Assembly: GCA_963665125.2 (NCBI GenBank)
Contig: CAXXUK010000001.1
Coordinates: 2,976,001-3,040,000, forward strand
From: an uncultured Desulfarculus sp.
GTDB taxonomy: Bacteria; Desulfobacterota; Desulfarculia; Desulfarculales; Desulfarculaceae
DNA length: 64,000 nt
Direction: 5' to 3'
Shown here: one piece after another, positions 9,174-18,622 of the stretch
How positions within the stretch are numbered: position 1 is the stretch's first letter
How the letters are laid out: every line of letters starts with the position of its first letter
The notes under the pieces: generated by a model
Told to the model about the DNA's origin: nothing
Database searches by the model: none
The model's input: only the letters and a program-made list of their open reading frames with translations
Program-made: the position numbers and the translations under genes

Positions 9174-12100
9174 TTACTTGACGCGCTTGAACACCTTGCC
9201 GTCGCTCCAGGATATCTCCAGCGGCTTGCCTGACCCGTCGCGGCGGGTAATACGCCCGGTGGCCGATCCCGTGTCTCCCGTGCCCCGCCAAAGCACGGTG
9301 AGCTTGTCGCCGACCACGGTGCCGTTGCCCACCTGACCAGAGGGCGGCTCCACTTGAGTCCAGCGGAAGACCGCGCCTTCCTGCTTGATGAAGTAGGATT
9401 CACCACCCGGCCCGGCCCACAGTCCGTTGAGTTTGCTCCCGCCCGATGATGGCGGCGATGCCGCGGGCTGGGTCGGAGTGGGGCTGGCAGCCGGGGACGC
9501 GGCTCCGCGCAACACCAGGAGTTTGTCATTGCCCAGCATCACCGCCAAGGCCGATCCGTCGGGGCTAGCGGCTATGGTTCCGGGATTGTCCAGGCCGCTG
9601 AGGACGGCCAGGGCCTTGTCCTTTCCGATGATGCGCAACACCTGGCCGGTCTGGGGCTGGCTGATATAGAGTCCCTCGGGGTAGATGCCCTTCTTGAGCC
9701 AGGCCATGCCGCCCAGGTTCTTGTTTTCCGGCGCGGCATATATTTGTTTGACTTCGCCCTTTTCATCCAACACGAACACACCGGATTTCTTGTTGCAGGA
9801 GTAACCCTCGGAGTTGTTACGCAGGTAGAAACCGCCGTTTCGGGGCGTGGGCGCCACGTCATAGACGCAGGTCAGCCGTTCCTTTCCGTACAACTCGGTT
9901 TCGTTGCCGTCCGGGGCCTCGCGCCAGAGCCGGTTGTATTCAAAGTCGGCTATGACCAGTGAATTGTTTGGTCCGGGGATCAGGGCCGAAACGCCGCCGC
10001 CCCTGGCCAGCTTGCCACCTGCCTCGGTGGCCTTGCCCTGGCCGTCCACCTCGTAAAGGCCGCAGAGCCGGTTGCCGCCCTGGTGCCAACCGTCCACGGT
10101 GATCAGCAGACTATTGCCCCGCCAGAGCCCCCGTTTCCAGTTTTGTCCGGCAAAGACATCGCCTTCCATCAAGCGCACCGCGGGTCCGGCGGGGGGCAGC
10201 TTGATCAGGGCCTGTTTTTTCTTATCTGCGGGCAACAAGTAGATGTTGCCCGCGTCGTCAAAGAAGGGGTTCATCATGGCGAACGGCGTCTGAAAGAGGC
10301 TTGCCGTTACACCCTGGGGCAGTTGCAGGGCGGGCGGGGTCAGCCTGGCCAGCAGCTCATAGCTCTTTGGCTCGTAGGCTTTTTTTGCGTCCGCGCCCTG
10401 GGCCAGGTATTCCAGGTCAATGACCACATCAACGGCCATGGGCACGTGGGCGTCCCAATCGGTCTGGCTGAGTAGGCACAGGGTTATCTCGCCGGGGAAG
10501 GGCTTTTCATAGGTCTTGAGCAACACCCATCGGCCATCCAGCCAATAATAGGCGCTCACCGTGTCGCCGATGCGGCTGAGCCTGAGCCAGGTCCTGGTGG
10601 GCGCATTGTAGGGCCATTCGCCCCGCTGCCCCGTCATGTCGGTGGCATAGCGTTTGTTATGCTTACGATGGTTTATAAGCTTTACGTTGGCTCGTTCCTT
10701 ATCGTCAACGGCGATGGCCTCCAGGCCGGCCACAATGCCGCCTTCGCCGGGTTCCACGTTGCCAAGGTCCACCAGGGCCACGGCATTAAAGTCGCCGGCC
10801 AACGGGCTGGCCAGCATCAGGCGGTTTAGGGAAACGTTATCCTTGGTGTGGATGAACTTTCCGCCGCCGCCCTGGAGTTCGATGCTCCCGAATATCTCCT
10901 GGCGCAGCCAGCGGGGCAGATCCATGCTGCCGGCCAGCTTGCTCACCAGGGTCATATCCGTGATGGTGTTCTCGGCCATGGCCTGGCGCTTGCCGTCGCC
11001 GGAAACGCGTTTGAACATGAGCCCGGTGTAGATGGTCTCGGCAACCTGCAATTTGCGGCGGCCGGAAAGTTGCCAGGTCTTGCCGCCGTCGGTGGACCAT
11101 TGAGTGTAGAACCAGTGGCCCCGGCGGCTGAAGCGGAACCTGGCGGCCTTGTCCGGCGCAACCGGGGTGTGTTGGATCTTGCGGTCCCATAGGGGCAGGA
11201 TGTTGAAATTCTGCGACCGTTGCCAGACGCCGCCCATGAGCAGGTGATCCACCCCCGTCTGCTCGATTTTGGCCTGGTTGTTGAGGTAGCCCAGGTGGCT
11301 GCCCGGCGCAAAGATGAAGAACTCGGTGATGGCCAGGTGGTTGCCCTCGCAAAGCATCAACAGGTTCATATCCAGGTCGAAATCGCCGGTTACCTTATGC
11401 ATCAGCCTGGGGGAGGTGGCGCTGTGGTACCAGAAGTCATTGCCGTCGGGCACGTCGACCTTGATGCCGCCGTCAATGGCGCTGACCTTGACGTCGTCTT
11501 TGGGGTCCTGCCATATCCAGCCGTCGTGGAACCGGCGGCCGTAGTACTTCAGCGGATGGTCGCCATAGGGTTCGGGATCGGAGTCGTCGACCTCCATCAA
11601 CTGTTCCAGGTTCAGGCCGTCATATTCGCCCTCGCCGTTTCTGGGCGGGGTCATCTCCTTTTCCTGGCCGGTTTTGACGTCCAGTTCATACCCGGCGTAA
11701 ACCTCCTTGGCTGACTGCGGGTTTTGGGTGTCTTCCACCGTCACCGAGCCGGACATGACCTTGACTTTCACCTGGTCGTCCTTGCCCACTTCCACCCGGT
11801 ATTCGGTGCCGTGGGGCACCACCACTATCTTGCCGCCGGCCTCAACCGCCGGGGCCTTGCAGCCCTTGCGGGACTTGATCTGCACAGTGCCCTTGAGCAC
11901 CTTGAAGCTGCGGCCGTCCTTGTCGAGTTGAACCTCGGCGTTGTTCTCCACAAGAATCTTGCCCCGGCAGGAGATGTCAATGAGTATCCTGCCGTTGGGG
12001 CCGGTTTTCAGGGTGTCGCCGTTGTCGATGTCCATGCCCCGGGCCGCGGGCATGGCCTTGCTCACCTCGGTCAGGGTCACCTTGCCGGTGAAAGATTGCC

Positions 12101-14723
12101 CGAAGCACGAGCCGGAAAGCGGCCCGTTGCCCGAAGGCGGCAGCGCCACCAGGGTGAGGCGGCCCGGTCCGGGCACGTCGGCGCCCTGCCTGGCCTTACC
12201 GGTTTTAATATCGCCGCTGATGTTGATAAGCCGCTGGCCGGGGCCGAAACCGCCTCTGGGCAGCTTGGGCTCGTACCAGACCTGCAAACCGGTGTTGCGG
12301 TTGCCCAGGGACCACTTCTGCTTCACCGGAGGTGAACCGGCGATCTCCGCCTCGATTTTGCCGCCCGTCGCCAGGGTGTATGGCCCCCGCTTGATGGCCG
12401 GGTCGCAGGCCTCGTCCACGCCGTGCTCCTGGAATCCGCCGCCTATGGCGGCGATGACCCCGGCCTTGGCAATACTCTGCATGCTGTGTCTGGGCATTTT
12501 GGCCAATTCCCTGCTGGTGCCGCGGACCTTTTCGATCCTTGTGCGGCACTTTTCAGGGCATCCCTCGCCGTTTGGCGGCGGGTAGACCTTGTCATAAGTG
12601 GCGTAGAGCCTGCTCAGAGCCTTTTGGTAGGCCTCTGGGCCGCTGTTATACAATACCTTAAGCAGATACCAGGCATTGCTCTCGGCATCCAGGATGCCGT
12701 CCTTTTTAAGCTGGGCCATTATCTGGTGGTGTTTGAGCATCAGGTTGAGGATCAGCCTGTGATAGGCGTCTGGGTCGTTTTCCTCAAGCCGCTGGGTGTC
12801 GAATTCGCTGCCGCCGGGGATCAGGCTGACGCCGTTTTTGCTGATCCAGGCCTTGGCCTGGTTTTTGAAACGGTCCACGGCCTTGGCCAGTTGTTCGTTG
12901 TTGTATCTACGGGTCAGATAATCCTTGAGGGCTTTGTCGATGTCGGCGTTGGTCAGGGTCTTGCCCTCTTTGGCTGCCTGTGCCCGCAGCTCCTTGGAGA
13001 ACTCGCGCAGCCCCCCGGCGAATTTTCCGGTGGCCGAATCATATTGGATGATATCGCTGAGGTTGGTGGCGTTGGGGTTGCTCTTGTATAGTTTATACAG
13101 TTCGTCCAGGGTGCCTTCCTTGAACTGGTTCATCTTGTACTCTATGCCAAACGCGGCCGCGCGGGCCGTCAATTCGGCGAACACCAGCGGCGGATAGCCG
13201 TATTGCGCCGCTTCCAACACCAAACGACCGAAGCCATAGCCGGCGGCGGTGGTCAGGCCGCCCTCTTTGTAGCCGGTGTTGACAGCGTCGTAAAGCGCCC
13301 AGGCCGCTCCGACCGCGGCCAAACCGATGCCCAGCTTGCCGCCCCAACTGCTGGCCTCCTCGAAAGAGCCGTGCAGGGCCGCGCGCTCCGAATCGCTCAG
13401 CGCGTCGTAGGCCTTGCCATAGGCATTGCGGGCCCGGGTGTTGAACAAATCGTCGATCTGGCTCCGGATGCCGGGGGTTTTAAGGATTTCTTCGGCCATC
13501 TCATCGGCTTTGTTCCAAAGCACGCGGCTGTAGGCAGATGACTCGCCTACCTCCTTGCCGATCTTTTCGGCCATATCCAGTGGCAGGTTGTTGATGGCGC
13601 CGGCCATCTCCCTGGTCATCAGGGAACTGGGCGTGTTCTTGAGCAGGTTGATATGCTCGGTAAAGACCTTTTTGCCTATCTTGGTGGTGAATTCGTCCAT
13701 GGCCGACAGGTAGGCCTTTACCGCGTCGTCACCCTCTTTGCCCACACGTCTGCCGAATTCCTTGACGGCCTCATCCACGTTGCCTGTACTGGCCTTCTCC
13801 GCCGCCTCCATCAGGGCCCTTTCCTGGGCGGTTACCTTGCCGCCGGAAAGACGGTAGGCCTCCATGTTGCGCAGGTCGTATTTGGACTGCATGAGCATGC
13901 GCTCATTGTTCGGCAGTTCGGCGAAGTGCGAGCGGAACCTGGTGTTGTCGCTGAAAAAACCGGCGGCGTCGGCCTTGGTCAGGGTTTCGGGCGCGGAGAC
14001 CGCCTTGCGGTAGGGCACCTCGCTGAGCGCCCCGTCGGGGCTCAGGGACCAGACTTTATTGTTCTTCTTGTAAAGATCGTTTTTAAGCCACTTGTTGCCG
14101 CCGATGGTGTTGTATTTCTCGATATTTTCTATGGCCTCCACCCTGCCCTTCCACGAAGACGGGTCGGTGGGGTCAAGGATGTTTATCTTGGCCTTTTGCG
14201 GTTCAACGCCGAATTTGCGTTTGAACGCCTCGTTGAATTCCGTTACGGATTCCTTGGCCCTGGGGCCCATGGGGATAAGGTCCTTGTCGGATTTGCCGAT
14301 GATGTACTTACTGTCCGGCTTGCCGCGGTTGCTCATGGAGCCCACCGGCACCACCCGGTCTACGCCGCCGGATTTGGTGGCGATCTCCGACCACACATCC
14401 TTGGTCATATCCACCATTTTTTCGTCGATCGCCTTGGCAAGGTTGGGGTCCGCGCTCTTGGACTTTGCCCAGCTTTCCCAGCCATCGAAATTCTGGAAAA
14501 GCTTTTTGGTGGCCTGTTGCATGCCATACTCGCTACCTTCGGCCTGGGCCTTGCGGAATGCCTCGATGGCCGAAAACACTTCGGCCTGGTCGGCCAGGGC
14601 CGGCGCGGTGGGCCAGGCCATGAACGCGGCCAGCAACAAGACGGCAAGCCACGGCAATATGCTGAATTTGTGTTTACCCGCCGCGAGATGGGCCGATTTC
14701 TTGAGGATGTTATTGCCTTCCAC
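9174..14723 (-). CDS. Giant secreted multidomain protein (NTase-like N-terminus, hydrophobic hairpin, FecR-like domain, two DUF1349/ConA-like domains, beta-propeller)
   Basis: 1849-aa ORF with a signal peptide ending ALA-DQ; FecR-like GDTLKTGPNGRILI..GTEYRVEV..VKVMSGSVTV; DUF1349-like DFWYHSATSPRLMHKVTGDF; propeller repeats near the C-terminus. The exact start codon is uncertain. Confidence 0.85.
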   Translation of the reverse strand: MEGNNILKKSAHLAAGKHKFSILPWLAVLLLAAFMAWPTAPALADQAEVFSAIEAFRKAQAEGSEYGMQQATKKLFQNFDGWESWAKSKSADPNLAKAIDEKMVDMTKDVWSEIATKSGGVDRVVPVGSMSNRGKPDSKYIIGKSDKDLIPMGPRAKESVTEFNEAFKRKFGVEPQKAKINILDPTDPSSWKGRVEAIENIEKYNTIGGNKWLKNDLYKKNNKVWSLSPDGALSEVPYRKAVSAPETLTKADAAGFFSDNTRFRSHFAELPNNERMLMQSKYDLRNMEAYRLSGGKVTAQERALMEAAEKASTGNVDEAVKEFGRRVGKEGDDAVKAYLSAMDEFTTKIGKKVFTEHINLLKNTPSSLMTREMAGAINNLPLDMAEKIGKEVGESSAYSRVLWNKADEMAEEILKTPGIRSQIDDLFNTRARNAYGKAYDALSDSERAALHGSFEEASSWGGKLGIGLAAVGAAWALYDAVNTGYKEGGLTTAAGYGFGRLVLEAAQYGYPPLVFAELTARAAAFGIEYKMNQFKEGTLDELYKLYKSNPNATNLSDIIQYDSATGKFAGGLREFSKELRAQAAKEGKTLTNADIDKALKDYLTRRYNNEQLAKAVDRFKNQAKAWISKNGVSLIPGGSEFDTQRLEENDPDAYHRLILNLMLKHHQIMAQLKKDGILDAESNAWYLLKVLYNSGPEAYQKALSRLYATYDKVYPPPNGEGCPEKCRTRIEKVRGTSRELAKMPRHSMQSIAKAGVIAAIGGGFQEHGVDEACDPAIKRGPYTLATGGKIEAEIAGSPPVKQKWSLGNRNTGLQVWYEPKLPRGGFGPGQRLINISGDIKTGKARQGADVPGPGRLTLVALPPSGNGPLSGSCFGQSFTGKVTLTEVSKAMPAARGMDIDNGDTLKTGPNGRILIDISCRGKILVENNAEVQLDKDGRSFKVLKGTVQIKSRKGCKAPAVEAGGKIVVVPHGTEYRVEVGKDDQVKVKVMSGSVTVEDTQNPQSAKEVYAGYELDVKTGQEKEMTPPRNGEGEYDGLNLEQLMEVDDSDPEPYGDHPLKYYGRRFHDGWIWQDPKDDVKVSAIDGGIKVDVPDGNDFWYHSATSPRLMHKVTGDFDLDMNLLMLCEGNHLAITEFFIFAPGSHLGYLNNQAKIEQTGVDHLLMGGVWQRSQNFNILPLWDRKIQHTPVAPDKAARFRFSRRGHWFYTQWSTDGGKTWQLSGRRKLQVAETIYTGLMFKRVSGDGKRQAMAENTITDMTLVSKLAGSMDLPRWLRQEIFGSIELQGGGGKFIHTKDNVSLNRLMLASPLAGDFNAVALVDLGNVEPGEGGIVAGLEAIAVDDKERANVKLINHRKHNKRYATDMTGQRGEWPYNAPTRTWLRLSRIGDTVSAYYWLDGRWVLLKTYEKPFPGEITLCLLSQTDWDAHVPMAVDVVIDLEYLAQGADAKKAYEPKSYELLARLTPPALQLPQGVTASLFQTPFAMMNPFFDDAGNIYLLPADKKKQALIKLPPAGPAVRLMEGDVFAGQNWKRGLWRGNSLLITVDGWHQGGNRLCGLYEVDGQGKATEAGGKLARGGGVSALIPGPNNSLVIADFEYNRLWREAPDGNETELYGKERLTCVYDVAPTPRNGGFYLRNNSEGYSCNKKSGVFVLDEKGEVKQIYAAPENKNLGGMAWLKKGIYPEGLYISQPQTGQVLRIIGKDKALAVLSGLDNPGTIAASPDGSALAVMLGNDKLLVLRGAASPAASPTPTQPAASPPSSGGSKLNGLWAGPGGESYFIKQEGAVFRWTQVEPPSGQVGNGTVVGDKLTVLWRGTGDTGSATGRITRRDGSGKPLEISWSDGKVFKRVK

Positions 14724-14907
14724 TTTTAACCCCAGTCATGCTTTACCGATATACCGGGCAGTTAGCGGCCTGTTGGCCTGGCCTCATGGATTTTTTCACT
14801 ACTGCGCCGATCACGCGTTGGTGCGGGGAACAAGGCAGGCGTAATTCCCGCAGGGACGTTCCAGTTTTTTCAGGTCATCATTTGGTCAATAACCGCGCCG
14901 GCCGACG

Positions 14908-16710
14908 TTATCTTTTAACCTCGTCCACCAGAGGCAGCACCAGGGGCGCGCCGCCGCTCAGTTCCGCCACAAGCTCCAGCCTTTTTTGGCCGCGCTCAAG
15001 GGTGTGTTCGTCCTGGAGCCAAAGATCAATGGCCTCGACGCCTTGGCCAAGCTGATAAGACAAGGTTCCGTCTGCCGAGTTGAGCATCTTGCCGCCTTTG
15101 GTGGCCACGATCAGCCATGTGCCGTTGCCGGCGGTGGTGTCCCAGATGACCTTGCCGCCGCCCGCCTCGCGCAGGCTCAGGCCGGTCAGCGATTGGCCCG
15201 GCGCGTCTATTTTGAGCTTGATGTAGGCGTCGGGCGAGCCGTCGCCTTTGGGTGTTTCGGAGCGCCCGGTGAAGTCGCTAAAACCCTTCAACCTGACCAA
15301 TCGGGCCGATGATTTGCCTGTATCGGCCTGGGGCGTGGCGACGAGTGTGGGGGGCGCGGCGGTTGGCGCGCTGGTGGCCGCGGGGGGAGCGGTGCTCACT
15401 GTCGCGGGCGTGATTTCCGCCGTGGCGTCGGGCAGGACGTTGCCCGCCGGGGTGTAGTTGATGGTCCCGCTGCCAAGCTCGGGCACCGGGGCTACCTGTT
15501 CCGCCGCCGGGTAGGAAGGAGGCGTAGCAGCTCCCTGCCCTATTTTTATGGAGGACAGAACGGCATCAGCCAAAGCCATGTACTTGTCCGGCTGGGAACT
15601 GGCTATGGCCAGGGCCAGGGGCTTGCCGTCGCTGAGGGGTTTGTCAAATATGATCAGTTTGCCCACGCTCCCCTTTTGCGCCTTGCCGGTGTGGACCTTG
15701 GCCGTCAAACCGCAGATCTCGGTTGTGCTTACCTTGACGTCGGACAGGCCCTTGAGCATTTGCTCGGCGCCCGGCATGCGCACCACGGCCACGCCGGCCA
15801 GTGGCGTCCGGCCTTGGCCGAACTGATATTTGCAGCTGATGCCGTCGGGGGCCATGTTGGAGGTCCAGTTGGAAGGTATGGCCAGGCTCACCGGGCCATG
15901 GGTGTGAATTTGCCACTCAATCTTGGGGCCAGGGGGACAGGGACAGTTTACGATTTCATCGTCAGCCCATTCTTGGCCGCAGGCGGGCATGGCCAGCCAG
16001 GCGATGCGGGCCCTGGCCACGCCTTTTTGTTCGGAGCCGTATTTTTTACCGTCCATGATCACGCCGCTGGCCACGTTGTAGGCCAACACCAGTTCCAGCA
16101 CCTCTGGGGCATAGAAGCGATCTTTGACCTGGGTCGGGTTCCAACTCATGGTCATGCCCTTGCGGTCCAGCATGCAGCCGGCCTTGTTATTGCCGTCGCA
16201 GAGAATGAAGGTGTCGCCGTAGCCGCTGAGGGTGCGCAGTTCCAGACGCCGGTTCCAGAAACGGTAATAACGCTGTCCGGCCTTGCCGCCCTTGCCGATC
16301 AGGGGGGTCTCTATTTGTTCGCCCTCGGGAGCCAGCACCTTGATCTCCACCGGGGTGCCGCCCACCTGCAAGGCGGTGATGCGCATGAACGGCGAAAGGA
16401 ACTGCTGCATTTGCATCGTGTTTTCACCGTAACGTTCGGCCGCTTTACTGAGTCCGGCCTTTTCGTATTTTTTCCAGTAATGTTCGGCCATGGGGTTGCT
16501 TTGGGGCAGCGGGCCCCATAAACCGCGGGTGGCCAGGGCCACGGGGATCTTCACCTGCTTTTGATCATTGCCGTCCCGATATGTGAGAATGACCGCGTCA
16601 TCAACCTTGAGGCCGTCCACCGGAGCGCCCGGTCCAGCGGCCTGGGCGCTGCCGCACAACAAGGACAACAGCATAACCGTCAAAGCGGTTGCGCGGATTT
16701 TGCTTATCAA
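14908..16710 (-). CDS. Secreted multidomain hypothetical protein
   Basis: TTG at 16710 after GGGAGG RBS gives signal peptide LISKIRATALTVMLLSLLCGSAQA; PsbP-like SLAIPSNW segment; Ala/Pro/Thr linker; C-terminal DGSPD..WDT..NGTW domain. Confidence 0.75.
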   Translation of the reverse strand: MISKIRATALTVMLLSLLCGSAQAAGPGAPVDGLKVDDAVILTYRDGNDQKQVKIPVALATRGLWGPLPQSNPMAEHYWKKYEKAGLSKAAERYGENTMQMQQFLSPFMRITALQVGGTPVEIKVLAPEGEQIETPLIGKGGKAGQRYYRFWNRRLELRTLSGYGDTFILCDGNNKAGCMLDRKGMTMSWNPTQVKDRFYAPEVLELVLAYNVASGVIMDGKKYGSEQKGVARARIAWLAMPACGQEWADDEIVNCPCPPGPKIEWQIHTHGPVSLAIPSNWTSNMAPDGISCKYQFGQGRTPLAGVAVVRMPGAEQMLKGLSDVKVSTTEICGLTAKVHTGKAQKGSVGKLIIFDKPLSDGKPLALAIASSQPDKYMALADAVLSSIKIGQGAATPPSYPAAEQVAPVPELGSGTINYTPAGNVLPDATAEITPATVSTAPPAATSAPTAAPPTLVATPQADTGKSSARLVRLKGFSDFTGRSETPKGDGSPDAYIKLKIDAPGQSLTGLSLREAGGGKVIWDTTAGNGTWLIVATKGGKMLNSADGTLSYQLGQGVEAIDLWLQDEHTLERGQKRLELVAELSGGAPLVLPLVDEVKR

Positions 16711-17293
16711 TGTGATCCTCCCATGACCATGGCCGGATCCGAATACCATTGTGGGCCCCGGATGCGCCGGGCTGTTGCCGCCGATGAAGTGACGACTGCC
16801 TGATACGGTTGGTCTACGCCTGGAACAACGACGTATCTCTCCGGCCTTTCTTTCCCAAAAACTCTGTATATAAAGAACTGACGCCTGAGAACCCATGCTT
16901 TGGGCCCGGCCGAGTTTGGTCCATCCATGAAAACACGTGGATCGGCCATGGCGTCTGCTGATGCATATTTGTTTTTACTATAGGCCATTTTTCGGACCAG
17001 TTGGATAGAAAAGTCCGTTTTCAATAGTTGCCCGCGGCATGGGACGCCGGGCACAGTTTGGGCTCATGACCTGTGTCAAAGACCGCGCGGTTGCCTTGTC
17101 AACGTGCATTGAATTACCGGTTTGTTTTACGAAAGGGACCAGGACAAAAGAAAGGGGAAGCGAAAATCACACCGCTCCTAGACTTGGGCCGAGCACAGGC
17201 GCCAAACTTTGGGGTGTGTTGGAAATGTCATGTAATTACAACTTGTTGCGCGGCATTGGCTCTTAAGCGCGGCCTTGGTGTTGGGCGCAACCT

Positions 17294-18622
17294 TCAGTAG
17301 GCCCCTGCCGCGCCCAGGGCCTCCACCGCGCCGAACCACACGGCCAGGGCCACCACGCTGGCGGCCAGGGCCGGAGCGAACAGCCGGTAGCAGCCGCCCA
17401 AGGTGCACGAGAAGTAGTCCCGGCACATCAGCAGGCAGATGTGCACCGGCGAGAGCAATATCCCGAAATAACCGCAGACAAAGGCCAACCCGCCGTGGGC
17501 CAGATAGGCCGCGCCCTCCAGCCCGGAAAACAACGGCACAACCAACGGGAAGCTTGCCGCCACCATGGCAAAGGCAATGCCGCTCATCATGCCGCTGATG
17601 AACGGCAGCAGGCAGATCAGGGCCAGGGTGGGAATGCCGTAGCGGGCCAGTTCCTCCTGAACCTGGGCCACGGCTCCGGATTCGTTCAGAAATGCCTGGA
17701 ACACGATGACGCCCAACACCAGCAGCATCATCTCGCCGGTCATCTTGCGCTTGACGGCCTGCCAAACCTCGGCCCAGCCTAAGTGATCGGACATAGCCGT
17801 CTGCACGCAAGCGGCCACCAGGCCCAACAGCAGGGGAGCGCCCTCGGGCAGCCGCAGTTGCTGGCCCATGGCCTCCGAGGCCAACTCCAACAGGGAGCAC
17901 ACCGGCAGCGCCGCCACAACGATGATTATCGGTGCGGTCTGAGCCAGGAAATCGCGTATGGAACCCTTTGCCCCCGGCGTTTCCACGGGCCGGGGCAGGT
18001 CCACCCGGCGCAGCAGGAAAAACCAGCCGAACAGGAAATGACACAGCGCCAGGGGCAGCATGGCCAGAACAAAGGTCCAGGTGGGTATGTCCAACAGCAC
18101 GATGGCCAGGATCACGCCGGGATAAAGGGGCCACCAATATTCGCCGTGGTGCCGGAACCAATAATTGATGGTGGCCAGCATGGGGCCCTGGCCCGTTTCG
18201 TCGCGCCACTGGGGGCTGGCCGCCTCCACCATGGGCGCCGAGAACAGCGCCCCGCCGGGCATTGGCAACAGGCCGATCAGCGAAGGCATCACCGCGGCCA
18301 CCGCGACTGGCGAATGCACCAGCAGGCTGAAGCTGTCGACAATGCGCTGCAACCGGCCCGATATCTGCATCAACCGGCTGAGGATCATGATCAACAGCAC
18401 CAGAATTGCCAGGCGCAAGGTCAGGGGCGCGGCAATGGCGTCGGCCAGCACGGCGGGCACCTGTTCATACCCGGTGCCAACCCACAGGGCCAGCAGCGGT
18501 CCGCCCAGGCCAAGGGCGATGCCGAGGTTGATCTTAAGGCGTCCGGCCAACAGCACGGCGCAAAAGCAGACCAGAACCTTGACCAACGCCGGCCAGGCCA
18601 TGGGGTCAAACAGGGCTGTCAA
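17294..18622 (-). CDS. DUF401 family (ion-transporter superfamily) membrane protein
   Basis: Polytopic; motifs PSLIGLLPMPGGALFSAPMV, INYWFRH..EYWWPLYPG and LLSPVHICL. Confidence 0.85.
   Translation of the reverse strand: MTALFDPMAWPALVKVLVCFCAVLLAGRLKINLGIALGLGGPLLALWVGTGYEQVPAVLADAIAAPLTLRLAILVLLIMILSRLMQISGRLQRIVDSFSLLVHSPVAVAAVMPSLIGLLPMPGGALFSAPMVEAASPQWRDETGQGPMLATINYWFRHHGEYWWPLYPGVILAIVLLDIPTWTFVLAMLPLALCHFLFGWFFLLRRVDLPRPVETPGAKGSIRDFLAQTAPIIIVVAALPVCSLLELASEAMGQQLRLPEGAPLLLGLVAACVQTAMSDHLGWAEVWQAVKRKMTGEMMLLVLGVIVFQAFLNESGAVAQVQEELARYGIPTLALICLLPFISGMMSGIAFAMVAASFPLVVPLFSGLEGAAYLAHGGLAFVCGYFGILLSPVHICLLMCRDYFSCTLGGCYRLFAPALAASVVALAVWFGAVEALGAAGAY

Noticed and set aside
16707..17300. 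Short ORFs in the gap between the 600-aa gene and DUF401
   Set aside because: No recognisable motif or RBS and atypical composition; treated as intergenic.
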